Shown: one piece after another, positions 9,301-17,299 of the stretch
Position numbering within the stretch: the stretch's first letter is position 1
How the letters are laid out: each line of letters begins with the position of its first letter
Virus record (IMG/VR): IMGVR_UViG_3300044562_000007
Source of the DNA: a virus
Length of the DNA: 40,533 nt
Strand: one strand, 5' to 3'
Translations under genes and position numbers: made by a program
The notes under the pieces: generated by a model
The model's database searches: none
The model's input: the letters and a program-made list of their open reading frames with translations, nothing else
Told to the model about the DNA's origin: nothing

Positions 9301-9721
9301 TTATGGTTCAGTTGCTAATGCTGTAAGATTCAGAAAGGCTCATAACTGGTATGCTAATGGTGGCATTGCTAACACACCAAGCATATTTGGCGAGGCAGGA
9401 CCAGAAATGGCAATTCCACTAATTCCAAGTAAGTCTACACGTGCTTGGGAGTTAATTGGAAAAGCAGTTGGTATTTTATCTGCTAATAGTAATTTCAATA
9501 ACCAACAACAAGTAAATTCAAAAGAGCAAAAAGAGGAACACGACTTTAGACAAGCCGTGCTTTTGCTTTTGACTGAAATTGCAGGCAAGAGCGATGTGGC
9601 AAAAATTACTCTTACTACACCAGCTGGTCGGGCACTTTGGTCAATTATTCAGCCATTTCAAAAACAAGACATGAAATCAGAAATTACAAGATTAAGGAGG
9701 GGATTAAGCGGTGGAAGATAG
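3329..9721 (+). CDS. Tail tape measure protein (TP901-family core) with C-terminal NlpC/P60-like and lysozyme/transglycosylase-like domains
   Basis: 2130 aa with an N-terminal coiled coil. Core motif ELAYAADMTSTGFKDLGYGMSYVGSSA...GLEASKAGTGLNQV. DCSGMVMQAL...GHVGII (Cys/His peptidase signature) near 8639..8820. SSESGWNP..NPSSGTYGLGQM near 9140..9215. Confidence 0.95.
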   Translation: MAGNIPMGSMSTEIKLNGSQSVKTLRELKQAVTQATSAWKAQRAELSTIGKSTEAAEAKYKGLAETIKKQKDYISGLQEAQKHLTEAQKSVDRSTKEGRQEYGKYNEALQKNETRIHSAEQKLASLTNQQTKAKSSLNYYKSGLADVQKQLKTNESVAKSYVVRLEAEGKGYESAKAKLNSYKDSLANLRKQQSIQTSELSRIARETGKSSDAYKRQEVRVNQTATSIAKLNSKIKSSQTEVNKLNPHGFNKLANGAQHVTNVAEKMKSGLKHAWDNVKTGATAAAAGIGAVGAAALSGAKKAGNLQQVYKEITNLAVTGGEKQREAIKNVTAMQRQGRDMSIKYGKSQQNIAEAFEDLVKRGYTTKQALGAMRTELQGSVASGDDFKDVVSVSSTVLESFGMRAKTVAQMTSNTKRAVNELAYAADMTSTGFKDLGYGMSYVGSSAHQAGFNLSETASAMGILSNNGLEASKAGTGLNQVINRLSDATGKLVKGDKKNALAKLGIKPKEITDSTGKLKNLATVFGVLNKHMKGMTKVQKINIMKSLFGMTGEQAGLILAKYNKQLGSLSKNVLKAGKNGKYVADLSAKNSQTAKMQMARLKQAGNAFAMTLGAKMLPAINEAGDSLVVFLTKSKDGKRLTNDFAKAVEGLATALANTIKWIAHHRTETKLIAEGLGAAYGVVKLASFVQWLNKTRLAFKGLSIGSKLLSGWDKSLIHLSNAKTRIGKIASAIGKLNGKFLSVGKKLGTALGNGLKSVGDKALSAGKFLGSKITQGIKATMKFSMGKRLATGALAGAAVATPEVVNAIKDRRSANKRSQDIGGAVGALAGGTLTSMIPVVGPLLAPVGAIIGKYAGQWGGKAVNSFTKGWQKNKPPKKFWSLENLGYSAHNMWKGFKKSVTNVAKWFKKNWKEVGVYFISPLVGAINSLYKHNKKFHKWANDLAKGFRNAWKGMTKWFKNLGKNMAKGLKSAWKGMAKWFSNIGKGVRNAWHSMTSWFTRLGSAMSRGLKATWHTVARWFGGIARGVQRVWSGVPHFFGRVGSASVRLFKSAWHGVTSWFGGIINGIKKAWDNFFGGISSTVKVIGKLLGGKVKVGNVHLANGTDWKKRYGYPAILNDGSDSPATGNREGILNPDGTVEVQQGTNVPRWIFPWQDVINAHDMARIFGRSARLANGTVNLRSLETNDPTKLLSTLTRLIKKKYDEDRQHHEKQRQRHDRNDNDRAVERERLIKQEHDAKSERTKIAKEIREALSKGRNTKGLTAQFNALTKHISNFKHSIAKTNPHHGQVYVDEGLLIGAKSRIGKSKWISDALFKKLTTKPKATHKRASTRKHRTTRRRSYSSRSYSSVSVPKVRTSNVSVGVSSKSVIVSAKVVGTKNVKALEKTMKRIKGGTRKITVKAKGSKSLKSLAKTVKKVKGKTSYIKVKTSGTHSLKSLSSHIASVHERVNSLNKSVKKTKFGTDIAEQAGKATKALKGEGNFAKVINIMSKKSTKDFKDMVKSINKDTNKIRKSTESDFSNMYKKSYSSMNRLHSGVIRLAKSTASGFGNAMKKMVSYASDSMRGTIRQINRGIRGIDRVLKQFGGNSSVINPVHFAGGTDANGRLTHDTLAVVNDATTGPRQEAIVTDQNDVIIPHGDNRPMMLRKGWGVLNGTQTQSLGLPHFAKGTGVKKDALRKLAENSLKHFADSFKSMFTKNIPSSGSDLTQGATDLGKNSGTHYGNPWSNAMWTVINNAIGTGGGTRAAFLRYAKETFDGVKYLMGAASKTLSDCSGMVMQALRHFGIDIGRTTVDMANSSGTKYLGKSLSKTKPGDLVIFGHGTGAAGHVGIINNPAKGTMFNETPPYARISKISDAMSMGYGYYRVKGLHDASKNHPKADPRLMALAKRELGHKALSWISDTLSENEGSMAGKPTGDHLHWMKQAHIPEKDWSSINWIVSSESGWNPHIVNPSSGTYGLGQMQSYNLHYYTRHGSKSNPIAQLMGIMDYIHDRYGSVANAVRFRKAHNWYANGGIANTPSIFGEAGPEMAIPLIPSKSTRAWELIGKAVGILSANSNFNNQQQVNSKEQKEEHDFRQAVLLLLTEIAGKSDVAKITLTTPAGRALWSIIQPFQKQDMKSEITRLRRGLSGGR

Positions 9722-10481
9722 TTATGCAAATTTAATTTATCAAGGCAAAAAATCAAGTGATTTAGGTGTTTTGATTCAATATCCTTTTAATTTAACTCAT
9801 CCGATTCCTGATATTGATCCTACTCATATCAAAGGAAGATCTGGTGATTTTCTTCAATCTGATAATTCGTATCAAAATGTTACTGAAACATTTAACTGTA
9901 TAATTCAGCGTCAACCTGGTGTTAGTCAGTTTGATACAGAACGTCAAATAATCGATTGGCTGGCTAGCCCAGTTAGTCAAGGCAGAAAGCAATATCAATA
10001 TCTGCAATTCGATATTGATCCAGGGTACGTCTATAACGCAATTCTGCAAAATCCGCCTTCAATTCAGTGGAATGAGAATACTGACACAATGGCAACTGGT
10101 CAGATCACATTTTATTGTGAACCGTTCCAATATCGAATTAATGGAATTGACTATGTACCGCTCCCTGATAACGGCACAGTTATCAATGAAGAAGTGCAAA
10201 ACGCAGTTCCTAATTGGCACTTTATAGCTAATGGAACTTTTATTTTGAATGTAAATGGCTATGAGTATGAATTTGACAATATGTCTGGTGAGTTTTGGCT
10301 CAATGGCGACACAGGAGATGCGTATGACTCAAAAAACAATTTATTCAATAGTCAGATAAAATTTCCTAATCTAGCACCGCCAAAACTAATTCCTGGCAAG
10401 AACACGATCACAATTACTGCTGATTCAGGTTCAACGATTACAAAAGCTGAGTACATGCCTAGATGGAGGAGGTTGATTTAA
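9711..10481 (+). CDS. Distal tail protein (Dit)
   Basis: GTG start with an AAGGAGG RBS at 9693..9699. 256 aa immediately after the tape measure. N-terminus YQGKKSSDLGVLIQ...IKGRSGDF is typical of siphovirus tail-component (Dit) proteins. Confidence 0.8.
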   Translation: MEDSYANLIYQGKKSSDLGVLIQYPFNLTHPIPDIDPTHIKGRSGDFLQSDNSYQNVTETFNCIIQRQPGVSQFDTERQIIDWLASPVSQGRKQYQYLQFDIDPGYVYNAILQNPPSIQWNENTDTMATGQITFYCEPFQYRINGIDYVPLPDNGTVINEEVQNAVPNWHFIANGTFILNVNGYEYEFDNMSGEFWLNGDTGDAYDSKNNLFNSQIKFPNLAPPKLIPGKNTITITADSGSTITKAEYMPRWRRLI

Positions 10482-13400
10482 TGGCAAAAATCGAAATTGG
10501 GACAATACCTGAAGTTAATTTTGACAAATATGATACTTATCTCGACTATCCTCACTTGTATAGCAGCTTAAACGATGATTTTTCTACGCCAGGATTAACT
10601 TTATCTGATGCAATCAGTGTTCAAGTTACCTGTTCTTACAATCAGTATCCAATGCTTACCATGACTTATCCGAGAGATGGTATCCATATGAATGATATTC
10701 AGGAAAACAAGTATTTGATGGAAGATTGTGATTATCGATTTACCCACCAGTTATTTAAAATCACTCATATCACACCTGATTTGGACCAAGTAATTGTGGA
10801 AGCTAAACACATAGCAGCTACCTTAAACGATTCAACTGTACCAAGTGCCATTCAAATGCAAAATGGCACAGCACAGGACGTAATGAACCAAGTATTGAAT
10901 GTGATGCAACCACAACGTGATTTTACTTTCCATAGTAATGTCACAAAAGTAGCTAGTGTAAACATCGAAAAGAATCAGCAGGCAGGAGCTATCTTAATCA
11001 ATCCAGACCAAGAAGGCGATAACCCTACTGATTCAGTTTTGGGCTATTTTGGTGGCGAGCTTCAGTTTGACAATTTTGATATCTATCATGATGAACACTT
11101 AGGTCAAAATAAAAATATTGTCATTAGTTATGGTAAAAACCTACAGTCGTTTCAGCGTGATATCAATACTGAAAATATGTGGACTGGTGCGGTCTTTACT
11201 GCTACTTATACTCCAGGGCAAGCTATTGCTAAAGAAGATTGGAGTGGCTGGGCTAGTTGGCAGAGTGACTACTCCAGTGTAGGTACTTATTCAGCTAATG
11301 GCTCAATCGATGTCTACGATTCTCCTGTGGAAGGACATCACTCAATCGGTCAAATAACTACAGGGACTCAGCTAAAGCTTGGTGAGGTCGTCCACAATGG
11401 AGACATGACACCTGATGGCAAGTATCAGATCAACACGGTTAATAGTGATGATTGGTATCCAATTGAAGGCGGTGGCTGGGTAGATGCACGCTGGATTAAT
11501 TTTGATACCAGTGGTAGCTACATTGTTAACAGTGTTACTGGTGATGCTACTGTGCAGGCTAACAGTCCTTATGATGAATCTGGTGCAGGCACTCGTGTAA
11601 GCATGAGTGGTACTGCTGTAGTTGCATATAAACCTGGTGGTTCAATTCACGTTTATGCTTCACCTGAAATTGGTCCTGATCATGTGAGAATTCCTAACTG
11701 GACTGTTAAAAATGGTACAGTTATACACTATGACATGGTTGAACGTAATCAAAATGGAGACTTATGGTATCGAATTGGTCCTGGGCAATGGCTTTATGGT
11801 CCGCATCTTTCCTTGACGCAAGAGGGAGCGTATAAGTCATACACCAACTCAGGCTATGGCTACTTAAAAGATAAGCAGGTTTTATACCATTGGGATAAGA
11901 AAAATTACAAGATGACTGCTACTACTAAGACAGTTGACTTAGCTAAAAGTAAAAACAAGAAATCCAAGAATTATTGGAAGACTAAGCAAAAGAAGGTCAA
12001 AGTTACTGCTCATAAAGGTAGAGTTATCGTTGATCGTACTATTGTTCAAGATGGCAAAACTTACATGCATACCAAGTATGGGTGGGTATCATCTGGAGCA
12101 ATTGATTATCATAAAAATGGTTCTGTAAAACCTAAAAGTTATGATCAGATTATTAATCAAAAAGTTCAAGATCATAGTAAAGTTGAAATTTATGCTACTC
12201 CTGATAGTCGAAATGCTTTGAACTGGTCAATCCCCAACGGTGCTAGCTCTGCAAATGGTGATTTTACAGTTAATGGTCATGAAGCAAAAGGCGGAGATGG
12301 CAAGACCTATATCGAAGTCACTTATCATGGAAAAACTGGCTGGCTAGTGGAAGACAATATCAATAGCGATAAGTCTACCTTAAACTCAGCCGATGATAGT
12401 AACGATGAAAATTCTGATACAAACAGTGGACCAACTAATGTTGATTTATCACAAAAAGAAGTAACAGTTACAGTCGGACCACTCTATGCTGATGGTTTTG
12501 GCAATAATCCAAATGTTGATAAAGTTAATTCTGTTGATTTATCAAGTAATTTCATACATGACGATCAAGACCTATCTGGGCAACAACCTGATGGGTCTTT
12601 TGCTCCTACGCAAGCTGATATACAGCAGCTTACTAAATTAGGGCAGGATTATATTATTGAACACAGATATGGTCATCCAGAAGTTCAAGATACATTGAGC
12701 TGGCAAGAAATGTCAGGTATCAATGCTGATTGGACTCAAGTTGGTTTGTATGATTATGTCATTGCACAATTTGATAAATATCATTTATCAGAACGTGAGC
12801 AGATCAACACTACCGTCTGGGACGGCTTAGCCCATCATTTTGTTAATGTTTCGATTGGTAAATTGCCAATTACTTGGCAGCACTTACTACTTCAACAGGC
12901 TAAAGAGCAAACTTCCACAGCTATACAAGGACAAGCTGGTAGAACTCAAGGCTGGCTTAATCGTTTTGAAGATATGATGCATTCTGAAAAGTCAGATCGT
13001 AGAGCTAAAGAAAATGCCATGATGGAAGACTTGGGAATGCTACAACATGATGTTACTTGGAAAGATGACAAAGGCAAGGAACACAAGTTAAAAGATGTAT
13101 TCCTTGAAACACGTAAAGATTTTGAAGATCACTTCCAGCAATTAGATGATGATGCCAGCGATATTAAATCTTGGATTGATGCACCTGGCGAAGGCATTAT
13201 TCAAGCCTTACCTAACTGGCAAGCACCTCAACAGCTTACTGCACGTTCGAGCAATGGTGGAAAAATGGTGTTTGGCGGTAATGGCTTGGAATTCTACGAT
13301 GAACGATCGCAGAAGCTTTTAACTGGTATGGACAGTCGTGGTAAGTTGTATGCTGACTCGATCGAGGGCGTAAAAGTCAATGCAATGGAAATCGATGCGC

Positions 13401-14182
13401 TTTTAATGCACGGAAATTTAAAGAGTGAAGATCCAAACGGTTCAATGAAAATTTACATTGGTACTCAAAACCCTGGCTCTACGCTGAATCCTTGGAAATC
13501 AGGGCGAGTCATTTGGGCGGTATCTGATAATTATTCAAGTATGGTCAGCTCTGGGCAAATTGCTACAACGAACGGTGCTGATGTTACTCGTATACACCCA
13601 AGTGCAATTACTGTGGCTGACGATGACAATCAAGTTTTAACTCAAGAAAACTTTGCGGCTCACGCTTACAGAAGAATTAAGTCTTGGGTCAAACTCTGGA
13701 TTGCTGATTGGATCACAATTAACGGCAAAAAGCACACAATCTGGAAAGGCATTGACAATGGTGCTTATATGGGTAAGCTAAGAGATTTGCCTGGTCAAGG
13801 CAAAAATAATTACTCTTACACACCAGGATCCAATGATGATTATGGTTCTGACGAGGGTGCTGAAGGTGACGGTACTGATTTAGGTCGATTTGCAACGCCA
13901 AGCGATATTCAAATTAGCCAGCAAGAGATGCAAAGCCTGCAGAGTTCAATCAATTATTTAAATAACCGCATTTCAGGCCTTACACCTCCTGATCCTTCAA
14001 TAGGTGGTTCAACTGTAATTGGTTCTAGCGATAAATCCAGCATGCTTACTTATACTGAAGCTAGAAACCTTGGTTTACCAACTGGAGTAGAATTAGGCAC
14101 AAAAGATGTGGGCCTCGATGGGAATACGTATATATACTTAATATACACTCCAACAGGGAATGCTCATTGGTTTAGAACGTGA
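10481..14182 (+). CDS. Tail-associated protein (Tal / prophage tail endopeptidase family) with inserted SH3b-like repeats
   Basis: ATG 10481 overlaps the Dit stop (TAATG) and has a GGAGGAGG RBS. About 1233 aa after Dit. Four repeats with GW/WY-containing SH3b-like signatures lie at about 11300..12360. Confidence 0.8.
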   Translation: MAKIEIGTIPEVNFDKYDTYLDYPHLYSSLNDDFSTPGLTLSDAISVQVTCSYNQYPMLTMTYPRDGIHMNDIQENKYLMEDCDYRFTHQLFKITHITPDLDQVIVEAKHIAATLNDSTVPSAIQMQNGTAQDVMNQVLNVMQPQRDFTFHSNVTKVASVNIEKNQQAGAILINPDQEGDNPTDSVLGYFGGELQFDNFDIYHDEHLGQNKNIVISYGKNLQSFQRDINTENMWTGAVFTATYTPGQAIAKEDWSGWASWQSDYSSVGTYSANGSIDVYDSPVEGHHSIGQITTGTQLKLGEVVHNGDMTPDGKYQINTVNSDDWYPIEGGGWVDARWINFDTSGSYIVNSVTGDATVQANSPYDESGAGTRVSMSGTAVVAYKPGGSIHVYASPEIGPDHVRIPNWTVKNGTVIHYDMVERNQNGDLWYRIGPGQWLYGPHLSLTQEGAYKSYTNSGYGYLKDKQVLYHWDKKNYKMTATTKTVDLAKSKNKKSKNYWKTKQKKVKVTAHKGRVIVDRTIVQDGKTYMHTKYGWVSSGAIDYHKNGSVKPKSYDQIINQKVQDHSKVEIYATPDSRNALNWSIPNGASSANGDFTVNGHEAKGGDGKTYIEVTYHGKTGWLVEDNINSDKSTLNSADDSNDENSDTNSGPTNVDLSQKEVTVTVGPLYADGFGNNPNVDKVNSVDLSSNFIHDDQDLSGQQPDGSFAPTQADIQQLTKLGQDYIIEHRYGHPEVQDTLSWQEMSGINADWTQVGLYDYVIAQFDKYHLSEREQINTTVWDGLAHHFVNVSIGKLPITWQHLLLQQAKEQTSTAIQGQAGRTQGWLNRFEDMMHSEKSDRRAKENAMMEDLGMLQHDVTWKDDKGKEHKLKDVFLETRKDFEDHFQQLDDDASDIKSWIDAPGEGIIQALPNWQAPQQLTARSSNGGKMVFGGNGLEFYDERSQKLLTGMDSRGKLYADSIEGVKVNAMEIDALLMHGNLKSEDPNGSMKIYIGTQNPGSTLNPWKSGRVIWAVSDNYSSMVSSGQIATTNGADVTRIHPSAITVADDDNQVLTQENFAAHAYRRIKSWVKLWIADWITINGKKHTIWKGIDNGAYMGKLRDLPGQGKNNYSYTPGSNDDYGSDEGAEGDGTDLGRFATPSDIQISQQEMQSLQSSINYLNNRISGLTPPDPSIGGSTVIGSSDKSSMLTYTEARNLGLPTGVELGTKDVGLDGNTYIYLIYTPTGNAHWFRT

Positions 14183-14192
14183 GGAAAATGAC

Positions 14193-14423
14193 ATGCAAGA
14201 TAAATTAACTGAGACTTTAGCAGTAAATACAGGCAATATGATTGCTAGTTTAAACTTGCAAGTTGCTAAATTACAAACTGCTCATGAAGAGCAAGATGAA
14301 GAAATTACTAAGCTAAAGGCAGAAAACGATAAGTTAAAGATTGAAAATCAAGCGCTAAAAAAGGAAGTGATGAAAAATGAGCCTAGCGCAAATAACACTA
14401 ACAACAAACAAATCAATAAGTAG
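14193..14423 (+). CDS. Small coiled-coil protein (hypothetical, tail-associated by position)
   Basis: ATG 14193 after a GAGGAAAA RBS. 76 aa with a heptad-like segment AKLQTAHEEQDEEITKLKAENDKLKIENQALKKE. Confidence 0.5.
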   Translation: MQDKLTETLAVNTGNMIASLNLQVAKLQTAHEEQDEEITKLKAENDKLKIENQALKKEVMKNEPSANNTNNKQINK

Positions 14424-16179
14424 TGTTGGCGATTATGTTCGAAAAATTGGACAAGGCGAAAAAGGACAGATTTTGCCTGTTTTAGTCACCGATGCAAATG
14501 GCTCTGCTTACGACTTAACTGGCAAGAATCTAGTTTTTTCTGAGAATAAAGATTCAGGTGCGATCATAGTAGATGATGGTTCAGACGTTAATTCGGGCAA
14601 GTTTACTCCAGTTGACTTAAAAAATGGTCGATTTGACTATACTTTGCAAAAACAAGTCTATATGGAAGATGGAGTATGCTGGTTTGATATAACCAATCAA
14701 GATGGGACCGTAGTTGATACAACACGATCCTTTAAGTTTGTCGTGATTCCCGATGTTAAGATTCATGTCAATAGCGATAGCTATGTATCAAGTCTTGATG
14801 GATTAATTACACACGTTAACAGCGCTGGTAATAAGGCTATCGAAGATATTAACAATTTGATAACTCAATTAACTAGTGAAGTTAATGCTAAAAAGAGCGA
14901 AGCAGATAATATTTCTAGTCAGTTGACTAAGAAGTTTGACGATAAGATTACTGATTTAAACAATCAACTATCCGATTATCAAACAAAATATAACAAGCTA
15001 TCAACTGAGTGGGCTAATGAGCTAAAGACTATCAGTGATCAAGCTACTAGTGATATTAATGCTAAGTATGCTCAAAAGCTGGTTGACCTGCAAAATGATT
15101 ACAACAGTTGGAAAAATAAAACAGTAGCTGACTTTAATGCTACTGTTGATCCAATCAAGCAGTCAATTCAAAAAAATACGGCTGACGTAGCGGACGTTAC
15201 TAAGCAAGTCCAATCAACCATCGCTACGATGAACCAATTGAAGCAGGAACTTGACAGTGTAGACTTCACTAAGTTCGTAACTGGCGATCAGATTAAGAAT
15301 TACTACACCAAGACGGAAGTTAACAATATTGTTGCTGATCTTAACGCCAAAATTGCTACGGCTGGTACAGTCAAAACAGTGGATAATATTCAACCTGATT
15401 CAAACGGCAATATTCAAACTGATCACTATACCAAGTCTGAAGTTGATAGCAAGACTTCGGGCACAGTCGTTACTGATTTCAATATTGCAAGTAAGAGGCC
15501 AACCACGGTAACAGATAGCTACACAAACAAATGGCTAGTTGACCAAACCGCACTTTGTCAGTTTGCCGATCAGATCAATCAGCTAAAAGGTCGCCAAAAG
15601 GTTGACGCTCCCGATTTTAATACATTAACCGATACAGGCGTTTACTACATATCTGATCCTGATAAAGGTAAAAATTCTCCATCTGCCAACTGGGGTGTGC
15701 TAGCTGTATTCAACGGCAATGATGCCAGAATGATACAGCTTTATGTTGGTGATCAGGGTGCAAATGCCTTTGTGAGAGCATATGGGATCGGTAATTCTAC
15801 TACGTGGAGTAGCTGGAACAAGATAGCATGGACGAGCGACATCACTAACCTGCAATCACTGATTAATGGCAAAGCTAATTCAGCTGACGTTTATACAAAA
15901 AGTGATACTGACAGTATTGTTAATAACCTGAAAACTTTAATTGCTAATGCTGGCAAGGTTAAGACAGTTAATAATGTTCAACCTGATAGTTCAGGAAACA
16001 TTAATATTCCAGCCCCTGATTTATCAGGTAAGGCTAACCAATCTGACCTGAATAACACTAACAACAGAATTACAGCAATTGAAACGGGATATATGAAAAA
16101 ACCTACCGTAATTAGTAAAGCTGATTACGATAAGCTTGCTACTAAAGATCCAAATACGTTGTATGAAATAACAGAATAA
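14377..16179 (+). CDS. BppU-like upper baseplate / tail fibre protein (candidate receptor-binding protein)
   Basis: The N-terminus GQILPVLVTDANGSAYDLTGKNLVFSENKD resembles the BppU N-terminal domain. It is followed by a long coiled coil and a globular knob-like segment flanked by two GxVKTVNNxQPDSxGNI repeats. Confidence 0.7.
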   Translation: MSLAQITLTTNKSISSVGDYVRKIGQGEKGQILPVLVTDANGSAYDLTGKNLVFSENKDSGAIIVDDGSDVNSGKFTPVDLKNGRFDYTLQKQVYMEDGVCWFDITNQDGTVVDTTRSFKFVVIPDVKIHVNSDSYVSSLDGLITHVNSAGNKAIEDINNLITQLTSEVNAKKSEADNISSQLTKKFDDKITDLNNQLSDYQTKYNKLSTEWANELKTISDQATSDINAKYAQKLVDLQNDYNSWKNKTVADFNATVDPIKQSIQKNTADVADVTKQVQSTIATMNQLKQELDSVDFTKFVTGDQIKNYYTKTEVNNIVADLNAKIATAGTVKTVDNIQPDSNGNIQTDHYTKSEVDSKTSGTVVTDFNIASKRPTTVTDSYTNKWLVDQTALCQFADQINQLKGRQKVDAPDFNTLTDTGVYYISDPDKGKNSPSANWGVLAVFNGNDARMIQLYVGDQGANAFVRAYGIGNSTTWSSWNKIAWTSDITNLQSLINGKANSADVYTKSDTDSIVNNLKTLIANAGKVKTVNNVQPDSSGNINIPAPDLSGKANQSDLNNTNNRITAIETGYMKKPTVISKADYDKLATKDPNTLYEITE

Positions 16180-16196
16180 AGAAAGAAGGTGACCGT

Positions 16197-16688
16197 ATGG
16201 CTCTCACAATAAACGGCAAAAAAGTTCTAGGTTATGCTCTAGGCGAAAATGAGTTTCTTAGTGGAGGAAACCTAAATGCTTTTTACATTGATGCGACACA
16301 GTACGAAGATGTGACACAGTACGAAAGTAATGCTGATCATAATGCCGCTCCATCTTTTACTATTGATATGACAAATTATTTTAAGGAAGCCGATACAAAA
16401 CATCCAGATGTTCAATATTACCAAATTATGACTATCTTAGATTATGAAGATAATGATGGTAGTAGTTTTCGGACTGATCTTATTACGCCATTATTGAAAC
16501 GTGGCGAAATAAATAACAAGCGAAGTGTTGCTGCTGGCAATGGGCAAGCTACAACAGCTTGGTTTACGGACAAAAACACACTAGCTATCAGCAAAAAAAG
16601 TATGTATGACGAAGACGGATATAGATTTACGGGGTGGTTCGCGTACGTGTATGGCTTTACTTCTCAAGATGTAGGAAGTGTTTTATAA
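16197..16688 (+). CDS. Hypothetical structural protein (candidate lower baseplate/receptor-binding protein, by position only)
   Basis: 163 aa with a GAAGGTGA RBS, directly after the BppU-like gene. Confidence 0.35.
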   Translation: MALTINGKKVLGYALGENEFLSGGNLNAFYIDATQYEDVTQYESNADHNAAPSFTIDMTNYFKEADTKHPDVQYYQIMTILDYEDNDGSSFRTDLITPLLKRGEINNKRSVAAGNGQATTAWFTDKNTLAISKKSMYDEDGYRFTGWFAYVYGFTSQDVGSVL

Positions 16689-16739
16689 GCGATTAACTAA
16701 TAAAAAGTAAATAGCATAATCAAGTAAACGACCATGACA

Positions 16740-16766
16740 AACGGCAGTCTAAAACTGGCGTTTTTT
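16740..16766 (+). terminator. Putative rho-independent terminator
   Basis: Imperfect stem AACGGCAG / CTGGCGTT (one G-G mismatch), a 7-nt loop and a T-run. Confidence 0.45.
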
Positions 16767-16809
16767 ATGCAACGACAGTCTTTTTATTTTGGAAAAGGAG
16801 AAAATCTAA

Positions 16810-17205
16810 ATGGATTTATATGGTAACGGTCATAAATTTGTGACTGATGATAAAGTTAATGTAGATGTACCTCTGTATCGTTACATTAATAATGACGACA
16901 CTTGGGTAAACATTCTTGGTGCTGAAAATAATTATAACAGAAAAGTATTGGTTTCTTTTAGAGATGATACTAATGGAAATGGACCAACCATTGGAAATTT
17001 TGGCTCCGGCATTGCCTTTGGCGGTGGGGATACCAAAGGCGTTTTATCAGTGAGCTTTAGCTCGCCCGGAGCTAGAATTGCGGCTGGCAATGGTATTGCA
17101 CCGTTATGGCATGAAGATATAGCGTGGAAGTCCGATATTCAGAATTTAGAACAGGAAATTTCAGATCTTAAAAAGCAAGTCGATCAGTTAAAGCAAGGAA
17201 AATAG
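16810..17205 (+). CDS. Hypothetical protein with a Gly-rich core and C-terminal coiled coil
   Basis: 131 aa with an AAGGAG RBS and the C-terminus NLEQEISDLKKQVDQLKQ. Confidence 0.4.
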   Translation: MDLYGNGHKFVTDDKVNVDVPLYRYINNDDTWVNILGAENNYNRKVLVSFRDDTNGNGPTIGNFGSGIAFGGGDTKGVLSVSFSSPGARIAAGNGIAPLWHEDIAWKSDIQNLEQEISDLKKQVDQLKQGK

Positions 17206-17234
17206 ACACTTACGTTTATGAAGAACGACAGTAG

Positions 17235-17257
17235 ACCGCCACCCAAGGCGGTTTTTT
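17235..17257 (+). terminator. Rho-independent terminator
   Basis: Stem ACCGCC / GGCGGT, loop ACCCAA, followed by TTTTT. Confidence 0.7.
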
Positions 17258-17299
17258 ATGCAAAAGTTTATTTAATTTAAACAAGAAAGGAATTTTAAA

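Noticed and set aside
4942-9588. Nine minus-strand ORFs (4942..5307, 5650..5835, 6076..6603, 7363..7587, 7645..7896, 8296..8481, 8744..8950, 8919..9122, 9340..9588) and the + strand ORF 5868..6158, all inside the tape measure gene
   Set aside because: All lie wholly within the 2130-aa tape measure ORF, in antisense or alternative frames. They have no RBS and low-complexity translations, typical of shadow ORFs in repetitive, biased coding sequence.
9792-10227. ORFs 9792..10049 (-) and 10015..10227 (+) inside the Dit gene, and likewise 13719..13901 (-) in Tal and 15329..15511 (+) in the fibre gene
   Set aside because: They are embedded in alternative frames of strongly supported structural genes, with no RBS and implausible composition.
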